Source of the DNA: Nemertoderma westbladi | Taxonomy: Eukaryota; Animalia; Xenacoelomorpha | Length of the DNA stretch: 64,000 bases | Assembly (NCBI GenBank): GCA_032718475.1 | Contig: JAUCBJ010008647.1 | Location: 26,939 to 90,938, forward strand | Direction: 5' to 3' | Shown here: in pieces, positions 1 to 15,000 of the stretch | Layout of the letters: every line of letters begins with the position of its first letter | How positions within the stretch are numbered: position 1 is the first letter of the stretch | The notes under the pieces: model-generated | Told to the model about the DNA's origin: nothing | The model's input: the letters and a program-made list of their open reading frames with translations, nothing else | Databases searched by the model: none | Position numbers and translations under genes: made by a program

Positions 1-3000
1 GTCACCTGTAATAATTAGTAAACAATAACCTACAGAAGTACAGTCACCTCACCTGTATTAATTAGTAAACAATAACAGACAGAAGGACAGTCACCTGTAA
101 TAATTAGTACATAATAACAGACAGAAAGACAGTCACCTGTAATAATTAGTAAACAATAACAGACAGAAGGACAGTCACCTGTAATAATTAGTAAATAATA
201 ACCTATAATTAGTAAACAATAACCTATAATTAGTAAACAATAACAGACAGAAAGACAGTCACCTGTAATAATTAGTAAACAATAACCTACAGAAGGACAG
301 TCACCTGTACTAATTAGTAAACAATAACAGACAGAAGGACAGTCACCTGTAATAATTAGTAAATAATAACAGACAGAAAGACAGTCACCTGTAATAATTA
401 GTAAACAATAACAGACAGAAAGACAGTCACCTGTAATAATTAGTAAACAATAACAGACAGAAGGACAGTCACCTGTAATAATTAGTAAATAATAACAGAC
501 AGAAGGACAGTCACCTGTAATAATTAGTAAATAATAACAGACAGAAGGACAGTCACCTGTAATAATTAGTAAATAATAACCTATAATTAGTAAACAATAA
601 CAGACAGAAAGACAGTCACCTGTAATAATTAGTAAACAATAACAGACAGAAGGACAGTCACCTGTAATAATTAGTAAATAATAACAGACAGAAAGACAGT
701 CACCTGTAATAATTAGTAAACAATAACAGACAGAAAGACAGTTACCTGTAATAATTAGTAAACAATAACAGACAGAAGGACAGTCACCTGTAATAATTAG
801 TAAATAATAACAGACAGAAAGACAGTCACCTGTAATAATTAGTAAACAATAACAGACAGAAGGACAGTCACCTGTAATAATTAGTAAACAATTACCTATA
901 ATTAGTAAACAATAACAGACAGAAAGACAGTCACCTGTAATAATTAGTAAACAATAACCTACAGAAGGACAGTCACCTGTACTAATTAGTAAACAATAAC
1001 AGACAGAAGGACAGTCACCTGTAATAATTAGTAAATAATAACAGACAGAAAGACAGTCACCTGTAATAATTAGTAAATAATAACAGACAGAAGGACAGTC
1101 ACCTGTAATAATTAGTAAACAATAACCTATAATTAGTAAACAATAACAGACAGAAAGACAGTCTCCTGTAATAATTAGTAAACAATAACAGACAGAAGGA
1201 CAGTCACCTGTAATAATTGGTAAATAATAACAGACAGAAAGACAGTCACCTGTAATAATTAGTAAACAATAACAGACAGAAGGACAGTCACCTGTAATAA
1301 TTAGTAAACAATAACAGACAGAAGGACAGTCACCTGTAATAATTAGTAAATAATAACAGACAGAAAGACAGTCACCTGTAATAATTAGTAAACAATAACA
1401 GACAGAAAGACAGTCACCTGTAATAATTAGTAAACAATAACAGACAGAAGGACAGTCACCTGTAATAATTAGTAAATAATAACAGACAGAAAGACAGTCA
1501 CCTGTAATAATTAGTAAACAATAACAGACAGAAGGACAGTCACCTGTAATAATTAGTAAACAATTACCTATAATTAGTAAACAATAACAGACAGAAAGAC
1601 AGTCACCTGTAATAATTAGTAAACAATAACCTACAGAAGGACAGTCACCTGTACTAATTAGTAAACAATAACAGACAGAAGGACAGTCACCTGTAATAAT
1701 TAGTAAATAATAACAGACAGAAAGACAGTCACCTGTAATAATTAGTAAATAATAACAGACAGAAGGACAGTCACCTGTAATAATTAGTAAACAATAACCT
1801 ATAATTAGTAAACAATAACAGACAGAAAGACAGTCTCCTGTAATAATTAGTAAACAATAACAGACAGAAGGACAGTCACCTGTAATAATTGGTAAATAAT
1901 AACAGACAGAAAGACAGTCACCTGTAATAATTAGTAAACAATAACAGACAGAAGGACAGTCACCTGTAATAATTAGTAAACAATAACCTATAATTAGTAA
2001 ACAATAACCTATAATTAGTAAACAATAACAGACAGAAAGACAGTCACCTGTAATAATTAGTAAACAATAACAGACAGAAAGACAGTCACCTGTAATAATT
2101 AGTAAACAATAACAGACAGAAAGACAGTCACCTGTAATAATTAGTAAACAATAACAGACAGAAGGACAGTCACCTGTAATAATTAGTAAATAATAACAGA
2201 CAGAAAGACAGTCACCTGTAATAATTAGTAAACAATAACAGACAGAAGGACAGTCACCTGTAATAATTAGTAAACAATTACCTATAATTAGTAAACAATA
2301 ACAGACAGAAAGACAGTCACCTGTAATAATTAGTAAACAATAACCTACAGAAGGACAGTCACCTGTACTAATTAGTAAACAATAACAGACAGAAGGACAG
2401 TCACCTGTAATAATTAGTAAATAATAACAGACAGAAAGACAGTCACCTGTAATAATTAGTAAATAATAACAGACAGAAGGACAGTCACCTGTAATAATTA
2501 GTAAACAATAACCTATAATTAGTAAACAATAACAGACAGAAAGACAGTCTCCTGTAATAATTAGTAAACAATAACAGACAGAAGGACAGTCACCTGTAAT
2601 AATTGGTAAATAATAACAGACAGAAAGACAGTCACCTGTAATAATTAGTAAACAATAACAGACAGAAGGACAGTCACCTGTAATAATTAGTAAACAATAA
2701 CCTATAATTAGTAAACAATAACCTATAATTAGTAAACAATAACAGACAGAAAGACAGTCACCTGTAATAATTAGTAAACAATAACAGACAGAAGGACAGT
2801 CACCTGTAATAATTAGTAAATAATAACAGACAGAAAGACAGTCACCTGTAATAATTAGTAAACAATAACAGACAGAAAGACAGTCACCTGTAATAATTAG
2901 TAAACAATAACAGACAGAAGGACAGTCACCTGTAATAATTAGTAAATAATAACAGACAGAAAGACAGTCACCTGTAATAATTAGTAAACAATAACAGACA

Positions 3001-6000
3001 GAAGGACAGTCACCTGTAATAATTAGTAAACAATTACCTATAATTAGTAAACAATAACAGACAGAAAGACAGTCACCTGTAATAATTAGTAAACAATAAC
3101 CTACAGAAGGACAGTCACCTGTACTAATTAGTAAACAATAACAGACAGAAGGACAGTCACCTGTAATAATTAGTAAATAATAACAGACAGAAAGACAGTC
3201 ACCTGTAATAATTAGTAAATAATAACAGACAGAAGGACAGTCACCTGTAATAATTAGTAAACAATAACCTATAATTAGTAAACAATAACAGACAGAAAGA
3301 CAGTCTCCTGTAATAATTAGTAAACAATAACAGACAGAAAGACAGTCACCTGTAATAATTGGTAAATAATAACAGACAGAAAGACAGTCACCTGTAATAA
3401 TTAGTAAACAATAACAGACAGAAGGACAGTCACCTGTAATAATTAGTAAACAATAACCTATAATTAGTAAACAATAACCTATAATTAGTAAACAATAACA
3501 GACAGAAAGACAGTCACCTGTAATAATTAGTAAATAATAACAGACAGAAAGACAGTCACCTGTAATAATTAGTAAACAATAACAGACAGAAGGACAGTCA
3601 CCTGTAATAATTAGTAAACAATAACAGACAGAAGGACAGTCACCTGTAATAATTAGTAAATAATAACAGACAGAAGGACAGTCACCTGTAATAATTAGTA
3701 AACAATAACCTACAGAAGTACAGTCACCTCGCCTGTATTAATTAGTAAACAATAACAGACAGAAGGACAGTCACCTGTAATAATTAGTAAATAATAAAAG
3801 ACAGAAAGACAGTCACCTGTAATAATTAGTAAATAATAACAGACAGAAAGACAGTCACCTGTAATAATTAGTAAACAATAACAGACAGAAGGACGTCACC
3901 TGTAATAATTAGTAAACAATAACAGACAGAAGGACAGTCACCTGTAATAATTAGTAAATAATAACAGACAGAAAGACAGTCACCTGTAATAATTAGTAAA
4001 CAATAACAGACAGAAGGACGTCACCTGTAATAATTAGTAAACAATAACAGACAGAAGGACAGTCACCTGTAATAATTAGTAAATAATAACAGACAGAAGG
4101 ACAGTCACCTGTAATAATTAGTAAATAATAACAGACAGAAAGACAGTCACCTGTAATAATTAGTAAACAATAACAGACAGAAAGACAGTCACCTGTAATA
4201 ATTAGTAAATAATAACAGACAGAAAGACAGTCACCTGTAATAATTAGTAAACAATAACAGACAGAAGGACAGTCACCTGTAATAATTAGTAAATAATAAC
4301 AGACAGAAGGACAGTCACCTGTAATAATTAGTAAATAATAACAGACAGAAAGACAGTCACCTGTAATAATTAGTAAACAATAACAGACAGAAAGACAGTC
4401 ACCTGTAATAATTAGTAAATAATAACAGACAGAAAGACAGTCACCTGTAATAATTAGTAAACAATAACAGACAGAAGGACAGTCACCTGTAATAATTAGT
4501 AAATAATAACAGACAGAAAGACAGTCACCTGTAATAATTAGTAAACAATAACAGACAGAAGGACGTCACCTGTAATAATTAGTAAACAATAACAGACAGA
4601 AGGACAGTCACCTGTAATAATTAGTAAATAATAACAGACAGAAAGACAGTCACCTGTAATAATTAGTAAACAATAACAGACAGAAGGACGTCACCTGTAA
4701 TAATTAGTAAACAATAACAGACAGAAGGACAGTCACCTGTAATAATTAGTAAATAATAACAGACAGAAGGACAGTCACCTGTAATAATTAGTAAATAATA
4801 ACAGACAGAAAGACAGTCACCTGTAATAATTAGTAAACAATAACAGACAGAAAGACAGTCACCTGTAATAATTAGTAAATAATAACAGACAGAAAGACAG
4901 TCACCTGTAATAATTAGTAAACGTCCGTAACAGACAGAAGGACAGTCACCTGTAATAATTAGTAAATAATAACAGACAGAAGGACAGTCACCTGTAATAA
5001 TTAGTAAATAATAACAGACAGAAAGACAGTCACCTGTAATAATTAGTAAACAATAACAGACAGAAGGACAGTCACCTGTAATAATTAGTAAACAATAACC
5101 TATAATTAGTAAACAATAACAGACAGAAAGACAGTCACCTGTAATAATTAGTAAATAATAACAGACAGAAAGACAGTCACCTGTAATAATTAGTAAACAA
5201 TAACAGACAGAAGGACAGTCACCTGTAATAATTAGTAAACAATAACAGACAGGAGGACAGTCACCTGTAATAATTAGTAAATAATAACAGACAGAAGGAC
5301 AGTCACCTGTAATAATTAGTAAACAATAACCTACAGAAGTACAGTCACCTCGCCTATATTAATTAGTAAACAATAACAGACAGAAGGACAGTCACCTGTA
5401 ATAATTAGTAAATAATAACAGACAGAAAGACAGTCACCTGTAATAATTAGTAAACAATAACAGACAGAAGGACGTCACCTGTAATAATTAGTAAACAATA
5501 ACAGACAGAAGGACAGTCACCTGTAATAATTAGTAAACAATAACAGACAGAAGGACAGTCACCTGTAATAATTAGTAAATAATAACAGACAGAAAGACAG
5601 CCACCTGTAATAATTAGTAAACAATAACAGACAGAAGGACGTCACCTGTAATAATTAGTAAACAATAACAGACAGAAGGACAGTCACCTGTAATAATTAG
5701 TAAATAATAACAGACAGAAGGACAGTCGCCTGTAATAATTAGTAAATAATAACAGACAGAAAGACAGTCACCTGTAATAATTAGTAAACAATAACAGACA
5801 GAAAGACAGTCACCTGTAATAATTAGTAAATAATAACAGACAGAAAGACAGTCACCTGTAATAATTAGTAAACAATAACAGACAGAAGGACAGTCACCTG
5901 TAATAATTAGTAAATAATAACAGACAGAAGGACAGTCACCTGTAATAATTAGTAAATAATAACAGACAGAAAGACAGTCACCTGTAATAATTAGTAAACA

Positions 6001-9000
6001 ATAACAGACAGAAAGACAGTCACCTGTAATAATTAGTAAATAATAACAGACAGAAAGACAGTCACCTGTAATAATTAGTAAACAATAACAGACAGAAGGA
6101 CAGTCACCTGTAATAATTAGTAAATAATAACAGACAGAAGGACAGTCACCTGTAATAATTAGTAAATAATAATAGACAGAAAGACAGTCACCTGTAATAA
6201 TTAGTAAACAATAACAGACAGAAAGACAGTCACCTGTAATAATTAGTAAACAATAACCGATAGAAGGACAGTCACCTGTAATATTTAGTAAACAATAACC
6301 TATAATTAGTAAACAATAACCTACAGAAGGACAGTCACCTGTAATAATTAGTAAACAATAACCTATAATTAGTAAACAATAACCGATAGAAGGACAGTCA
6401 CCTGTAATATTTAGTAAACAAAAACCTATAATTAGTAAACAATAACCGATAGAAGGACAGTCACCTGTAATAATTAGTAAACAATAACCTATAGAAGGAC
6501 AGTCACCTGTAATAATTAGTAAACAATAACAGACAGAAGGACAGTCACCTGTAATAATTAGTAAACAATAACCTATAATTAGTAAACAATAACCGATAGA
6601 AGGACAGTCACCTGTAATATTTAGTAAACAATAACCTATAATTAGTAAACAATAACCTACAGAAGGACAGTCAACTGTAATAATTAGTAAACAATAACCT
6701 ATAATTAGTAAACAATAACCGATAGAAGGACAGTCACCTGTAATATTTAGTAAACAAAAACCTATAATTAGTAAACAATAACAGACAGAAGGACAGTCAC
6801 CTGTAATAAGTACTAAACAATAACCTATAATTAGTAAACAATAACCTACAGAAGGACAGTCACCTGTAATAATTAGTAAACAATAACAGACAGAAAGACA
6901 GTCACCTGTAATAATTAGTAAACAATAACCTACAGAAGGACAGTCACCTGTAATAATTAGTAAACAATAACCTACAGAAGGACAGTCACCTGTAATATTT
7001 AGTAAACAATAACCTATAATTAGTAAACAATAACCTACAGAAGGACAGTCACCTGTAATAATTAGTAAACAATAACCTACAGAAGGACAGTCACCTGTAA
7101 TATTTAGTAAACAATAACCTATAATTAGTAAACAATAACCTACAGAAGGACAGTCACCTGTAATAATTAGTAAACAATAACCTACAGAAGGAGAGTCACC
7201 TGTAATAATTTGTAAACAATAACCTACAGAAGGACAGTCACCTGTACTAATTAGTAAACAATAACAGACAGGAGGACAGTCACCTGTAATAATTAGTAAA
7301 CAATAACCTATAATTAGTAAACAATAACAGACAGAAAGACAGTCACCTGTAATAATTAGTAAACAATAACCTACAGAAGTACAGTCACCTGTATTAATTA
7401 GTAAACAATAACAGACAGAAGGACAGTCACCTGTAATAATTAGTAAATAATAACAGACAGAAAGACAGTCACCTGTAATAATTAGTAAATAATAACCTAA
7501 TTAGTAAACAATAACAGACAGAAAGACAGTCTCCTGTAATAATTAGTAAACAATAACCTATAATTAGTAAACAATAACAGACAGAAAGACAGTCACCTGT
7601 AATAATTAGTAAACAATAACCTACAGAAGTACAGTCACCTGTATTAATTAGTAAACAATAACAGACAGAAGGACAGTCACCTGTAATAATTAGTAAACAA
7701 TAACAGACAGAAGGACGTCACCTGTAATAATTAGTAAACAATAACAGACAGAAGGACAGTCACCTGTAATAATTAGTAAATAATAACAGACAGAAAGACA
7801 GTCACCTGTAATAATTAGTAAACAATAACAGACAGAAGGACGTCACCTGTAATAATTAGTAAACAATAACAGACAGAAGGACAGTCACCTGTAATAATTA
7901 GTAAATAATAACAGACAGAAGGACAGTCACCTGTAATAATTAGTAAATAATAACAGACAGAAAGACAGTCACCTGTAATAATTAGTAAACAATAACAGAC
8001 AGAAAGACAGTCACCTGTAATAATTAGTAAATAATAACAGACAGAAAGACAGTCACCTGTAATAATTAGTAAACAATAACAGACAGAAGGACAGTCACCT
8101 GTAATAATTAGTAAATAATAACAGACAGAAGGACAGTCACCTGTAATAATTAGTAAATAATAACAGACAGAAAGACAGTCACCTGTAATAATTAGTAAAC
8201 AATAACAGACATAAAGACAGTCACCTGTAATAATTAGTAAATAATAACAGACAGAAAGACAGTCACCTGTAATAATTAGTAAATAATAACAGACAGAAAG
8301 ACAGTCACCTGTAATAATTAGTAAATAATAACAGACAGAAGGACAGTCACCTGTAATAATTAGTAAACAATAACCTATAATTAGTAAACAATAACAGACA
8401 GAAAGACAGTCTCCTGTAATAATTAGTAAACAATAACAGACAGGACGGTCACCTGTAATAATTAGTAAATAATAACAGACAGAAAGACAGTCACCTGTAA
8501 TAATTAGTAAATAATAACAGACAGAAAGACAGTCACCTGTAATAATTAGTAAACAATAACCTATAATTAGTAAACAATAACAGACAGAAAGACAGTCTCC
8601 TGTAATAATTAGTAAACAATAACAGACAGGACGGTCACCTGTAATAATTAGTAAATAATAACAGACAGAAAGACAGTCTCCAGTAATAATTAGTAAACAA
8701 TAACAGACAGAAGGACAGTCACCTGTAATAATTAGTAAATAATAACCTATAATTAGTAAACAATAACCTATAATTAGTAAACAATAACAGACAGAAAGAC
8801 AGTCACCTGTAATAATTAGTAAACAATAACCTACAGAAGGACAGTCACCTGTAATAATTAGTAAACAATAACCTATAATTAGTAAACAATAACAGACAGA
8901 AGGACAGTCACCTGTAATAATTAGTAAATAATAACCTATAATTAGTAAACAATAACCTATAATTAGTAAACAATAACAGACAGAAAGACAGTCACCTGTA

Positions 9001-9575
9001 ATAATTAGTAAATAATAACAGACAGAAAGACAGTCACCTGTACTAATTAGTAAATAATAACAGACAGAAGGACAGTCACCTGTAATAATTAGTAAACAAT
9101 AACCTACAGAAGGACAGTCACCTGTAATAATTAGTAAACAATAACAGACAGAAGGACAGTCACCTGTAATAATTAGTAAATAATAACAGACAGAAAGACA
9201 GTCACCTGTAATAATTAGTAAATAATAACCTATAATTAGTAAACAATAACCGATAGAAGGACAGTCACCTGTAATAATTAGTAAACAATAACAGACAGAA
9301 AGACAGTCACCTGTAATAATTAGTAAACAATAACAGACAGAAGGACAGTCACCTGTAATAATTAGTAAACAATAACCTATAATTAGTAAACAATAACAGA
9401 CAGAAAGAAAGACAGTCACCTGTAATAATTAGTAAACAATAACCTACAGAAGGACAGTCACCTGTACTAATTAGTAAATAATAACAGACAGAAGGACAGT
9501 CACCTGTAATAATTAGTAAACAATAACCTACAGAAGGACAGTCACCTGTAATAATTAGTAAACAATAACAGACCG
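1..9575. repeat. 42-bp tandem satellite, block 1 (GTCACCTGTAATAATTAGTAAACAATAACAGACAGAAGGACA) with a 21-bp half-unit variant (CCTATAATTAGTAAACAATAA)
   Basis: Directly visible tandem array; the 14-aa period of the spurious minus-strand ORFs equals 42 bp. Confidence 0.98.
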
Positions 9576-10136
9576 TGTTAGCTTATTCAATTCCGCTAAC
9601 ACCCCACAAAGTAAGCCGTTAAGCAATATTGGGAGCACGAGGTTGATTACCCAACCTCGTGCCACCCCGACAAAGTGGGAAGGAGAAACGCACAATAGGG
9701 GTCAGGGGCCATACCCCTGACAGAGAGAGAATAGCAGGAGTGAGGGGAAACACTCCAAAGGGCGCCAACAGGGATATTAGCCAATGGGGGAAGGCACCGG
9801 CTAGGTAGTGTAACGACGGCCAAACCGTGCAATATATATTATTAGGTACCATGTTACTGTAATCAGTTATCTCATTGTATTAGTCGGTTAGCTAGGGTAG
9901 AGCGGAGACTTCTAAGACCGTCCTCGCCTACCACCATTTTATCTGTACATACTGTAATAACTCTTTGTATTTCAACCATCTATACTGTATCCATTTTATA
10001 CTGTACCCATTACATTATACATATATCGGAGAATCAATAACATCAGAACTCTTAGACTCTTTTCACATTCACACGGCGGGGACGCGTACTTATAATAACC
10101 GCGGATAAACCGGGATCCTCCTTGGATCCCGTCACA
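9576..10136 (+). repeat. 5' LTR of BEL copy 1 (561 bp, TG...CA)
   Basis: TGTTAGC...GGATCCCGTCACA ends match the LTR ends of copies 2 and 3; TATA-like AATATATATT near 9831. Confidence 0.92.
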
Positions 10137-12026
10137 GTCTTAGAATTCCAGCCAGCTACCGATCTAAAGTAAAAGATGAGCGACGTAACGCCAACGCGGA
10201 CCCCGGACGAAGAACTAACGATCCGCGAGGCCGCGACCAGACGGTATAGGCCTACGACGCCGGACCCATCGGAAACGGGTCATCCGGCAGTTCAGGATGA
10301 GGGGGGCCATCTGGAGCCAGAAGTCGAGTCGAGAGGAGGGGGAGTCGAGTTGAGAGAAGGTGAGGGCGAGTTGGAAGGAGAAAGAGACGAGTCGACACAC
10401 GACGACGGTCGACATGCCAATGTCGCCGGCCAGCCACAGGCCGAGGGCGACGGACGGCCCACCGGGACAGCAACGGTGGGGCCGCCGGTACGACGTCGGA
10501 CCCGGAGAGATGGAGGAGAGGTCGGCGACGAGGACGTCGGGGTTTCTGATCGACTTCGATGGGCCTACAACGCGACCCGGAAGATACTTAAGGAGGCCAA
10601 GGAGGGGGCGAGGATAGACGAGGTAAAGTTGACAAAAGGACTAGGTGAGTCGGATAAACATTTTAGTTATCTAATGCGCTTCGGGCAGAGAGAACTGGCC
10701 AAGGAGAGAGTGAGAGGGGTTGCCGAGGAACTGTGTGATTTATGGCGGTGTAGGGGTATGCAACCTAGCGTAGTGTACATAGGGCCATACTTAGTCGATG
10801 CCCGGGGTATAAAATTAGTGGGTTGGAGGAGACCTGAGGAGGGCGAATCCGAGGTTAACCCCGAGGATTCGGTCTCATCGGTCGGAGGGAATTCCAGTTC
10901 CGGGAGGCGGGGGAGAGTTAGTAGGACGGGAAGGTGGAGGGAATCCGTCACAACCGATAAGTCTGCTACATCCTCCGTAAAAGGAAGACGGGTGAGGGAA
11001 ATAAACGCGGTGTACCATCTCGATCTGATAGCGCAGGGCCAGAGAGAGGTAGAGAGACAGTTAGAGGAGGGGAAAGCGCTATTAGAGAAAGAGATGGAAC
11101 TGATTAAAGAGACCGGAGAGAGGGCCGAGAGAGCCGCGAGAAGCTTTAGGGAGAGTGAGGAAATAGGGAGGAAGGAACAAGAGGAGCGTGAGGCGAGAGA
11201 GGAAAGTGAGCGTAAAGAGCGCAAGGCTGAACGTAAAGAGCGCGAGGCGAGAGAGGATAAGGAGCGTAGGGAGTGTGAGGCGAGAGAGGAAAGTGAGCGT
11301 AAAGAGCGCAAGGCGGAACGTAAAGAGCGCGAGGCGAGACGAACGGAGAGAATTGAGAGAGAGAAAGAACTGGCCGAACAGAGCGCGCGGGAGAGTCGGG
11401 AAATGATAGCAGACGGGAGGCGTATGCGGGATGGTTTACATGCCCGCCTAGGGGGGTTAATTCAGTACCAAACCAGACAGCAGCGCATACTGAAATTGGC
11501 GCGATTGGGGTTGTCAGAGAGTGAGGCTGGGTCGAGTGCTTTCGAGGAGCCAAGGGCCGAGGAAACATTTATTAATACCCCACTTACAGGAACCGCACGA
11601 CAGACCCGAGACTGGTGTAACCGTACGGGCGGGGGGGGGGGGGGGGGGGGGGGTAATAATAATACAACAGTAGACGACGTTAATATTAATAGTACCGTAT
11701 TGGATAACTCTAACCAAACTTTTATTGCAGGAAATATTTTACCTAGTAGTAGTAATTTAAATTTAAATCCGAATGATTCTAATATTAATGTAGGAAATAA
11801 TTATAATATTAATGTAGTTACGCAAAATAATCCAAATAATCTAAATAATAATCTGAATTCGAATTTACAAGATAATTCAAGTAACGCAATTGCGCAAAAT
11901 AATTCGAATAACTTTATTTTGAATGAACAAAATAATTCCGTTTCTAATTTGGGTGCACAAAATAATTTAACTGGGGTGGAGGATTTAATTGATTTAACCA
12001 ATAACGGTACCTGTGGTGCTATTAAT
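9576..12026 (+). mobile_element. BEL/Pao LTR retrotransposon copy 1: 5' LTR plus gag N-terminus, 3'-truncated
   Basis: Starts TGTTAGC; LTR and gag are homologous to copy 3 (38624-36280, minus); sequence switches back to satellite at 12027. Confidence 0.92.
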
Positions 12027-12044
12027 GTCACCTGTAATAATTAG
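10176..12044 (+). pseudogene. gag: Truncated gag N-terminal region (Glu/Arg coiled coil, Asn-rich tract) that runs into satellite
   Basis: ORF is homologous to the copy-3 ORFs 37657-38007, 36733-37209 and 35637-36755; the last codons are satellite-derived. Confidence 0.85.
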
Positions 12045-15000
12045 TAAATAATAACAGACAGAAAGACAGTCACCTGTAATAATTAGTAAACAATAACAGA
12101 CAGAAGGACAGTCACCTGTAATAATTAGTAAACAATAACAGACAGAAAGACAGTCACCTGTAATAATTAGTAAATAATAACAGACAGAAAGACAGTCACC
12201 TGTAATAATTAGTAAACAATAACAGACAGAAGGACAGTCACCTGTAATAATTAGTAAACAATAACAGACAGAAGGACAGTCACCTGTAATAATTAGTAAA
12301 CAATAACAGACAGAAGGACATTCACCTGTAATAATTAGTAAACAATAACAGACAGAAGGACAGTCACCTGTAATAATTAGTAAATAATAACAGACAGAAG
12401 GACAGTCACCTGTAATAATTAGTAAACAATAACAGACAGAAGGACAGTCACCTGTAATAATTAGTAAATAATAACAGACAGAAAGACAGTCACCTGTAAT
12501 AATTAGTAAACAATAACAGACAGAAAGACAGTCACCCGTAATAATTAGTAAACAATAACAGACAGAAGGACAGTCACCTGTAATAATTAGTAAACAATAA
12601 CAGACAGAAGGACAGTCACCTGTAATAATTAGTAAATAATAACAGACAGAAGGACAGTCACCTGTAATAATTAGTAAATAATAACAGACAGAAAGACAGT
12701 CACCTGTAATAATTAGTAAACAATAACAGACAGAAAGACAGTCACCTGTAATAATTAGTAAACAATAACAGACAGAAGGACAGTCACCTGTAATAATTAG
12801 TAAACAATAACAGACAGAAGGACAGTCACCTGTACTAATTAGTAAACAATAACAGACAGAAAGACAGTCACCTGTAATAATTAGTAAACAATAACAGACA
12901 GAAAGACAGTCACCTGTAATAATTAGTAAATAATAACAGACAGAAGGACAGTCACCTGTAATAAGTAGTAAACAATAACAGACAGAAGGACAGTCACCTG
13001 TAATAATTAGTAAACAATAACAGACAGAAGGACAGTCACCTGTAATAATTAGTAAACAATAACAGACAGAAGGACAGTCACCTGTAATAATTAGTAAATA
13101 ATAACAGACAGAAAGACAGTCACCTGTAATAATTAGTAAACAATAACAGACAGAAAGACAGTCACCTGTAATAATTAGTAAACAATAACAGACAGAAGGA
13201 CAGTCACCTGTAATAATTAGTAAACAATAACAGACAGAAGGACAGTCACCTGTAATAATTAGTAAACAATAACAGACAGAAGGAAATAACAGACAGAAGG
13301 ACAGTCACCTGTAATAATTAGTAAACAATAACAGACAGAAGGACAGTCACCTGTAATAATTAGTAAATAATAACAGACAGAAAGACAGTCACCTGTAATA
13401 ATTAGTAAACAATAACAGACAGAAGGACAGTCACCTGTAATAATTAGTAAACAATAACAGACAGAAGGACAGTCACCTGTAATAATTAGTAAACAATAAC
13501 AGACAGAAGGACAGTCACCTGTAATAATTAGTAAACAATAACAGACAGAAGGACAGTCACCTGTAATAATTAGTAAACAATAACAGACAGAAGGACAGTC
13601 ACCTGTAATAATTAGTAAACAATAACAGACAGAAGGACAGTCACCTGTAATAATTAGTAAACAATAACAGACAGAAGGACAGTCACCTGTAATAATTAGT
13701 AAATAATAGCAGACAGAAGGACAGTCACCTGTAATAATTAGTAAACAATAACAGACAGAAGGACAGTCACCTGTAATAATTAGTAAACAATAACAGACAG
13801 AAGGACAGTCACCTGTAATAATTAGTAAATAATAACAGACAGAAAGACAGTCACCTGTAATAATTAGTAAACAATAACAGACAGAAAGACAGTCACCTGT
13901 AATAATTAGTAAACAATAACAGACAGAAGGACAGTCACCTGTAATAATTAGTAAACAATAACAGACAGAAGGACAGTCACCTGTAATAATTAGTAAACAA
14001 TAACCTACAGAAGTACAGTCACCTCGCCTGTACCAATTAGTAAACAATAACAGACAGAAGGACAGTCACCTGTAATAATTAGTAAATAATAACAGACAGA
14101 AAGACAGTCACCTGTAATAATTAGTAAACAATAACAGATAGAAGGACAGTCACCTGTAATAATTAGTAAACAATAACAGACAGAAGGACAGTCACCTGTA
14201 ATAATTAGTAAACAATAACAGACAGAAGGACAGTCACCTGTAATAATTAGTAAACAATAACAGACAGAAGGACAGTCACCTGTAATAATTAGTAAATAAT
14301 AACAGACAGAAGGACAGTCACCTGTAATAATTAGTAAACAATAACCTACAGAAGTACAGTCACCTGTAATAATTAGTAAATAATAACAGACAGAAGGACA
14401 GTCACCTGTAATAATTAGTAAATAATAACAGACAGAAAGACAGTCACCTGTAATAATTAGTAAATAATAACAGACAGAAAGACAGTCACCTGTAATAATT
14501 AGTAAATAATAACAGACAGAAAGACAGTCACCTGTAATAATTAGTAAATAATAACAGACAGAAAGACGGTCACCTGTAATAATTAGTAAACAATAACAGA
14601 CAGAAGGACGTCACCTGTAATAATTAGTAAAAAATAACAGACAGAAGGACAGTCACCTGTAATAATTAGTAAATAATAACAGACAGAAGGACAGTCACCT
14701 GTAATAATTAGTAAATAATAACAGACAGAAAGACAGTCACCTGTAATAATTAGTAAATAATAACAGACAGAAAGACAGTCACCTGTAATAATTAGTAAAT
14801 AATAACAGACAGAAAGACAGTCACCTGTAATAATTAGTAAACAATAACAGACAGAAGGACAGTCACCTGTAATAAATAGTAAACAATAACAGACAGAAGG
14901 ACAGTCACCTGTAATAATTAGTAAACAATAACAGACAGGAGGACAGTCACCTGTAATAATTAGTAAACAATAACAGACAGAAGGACAGTCACCTGTAATA

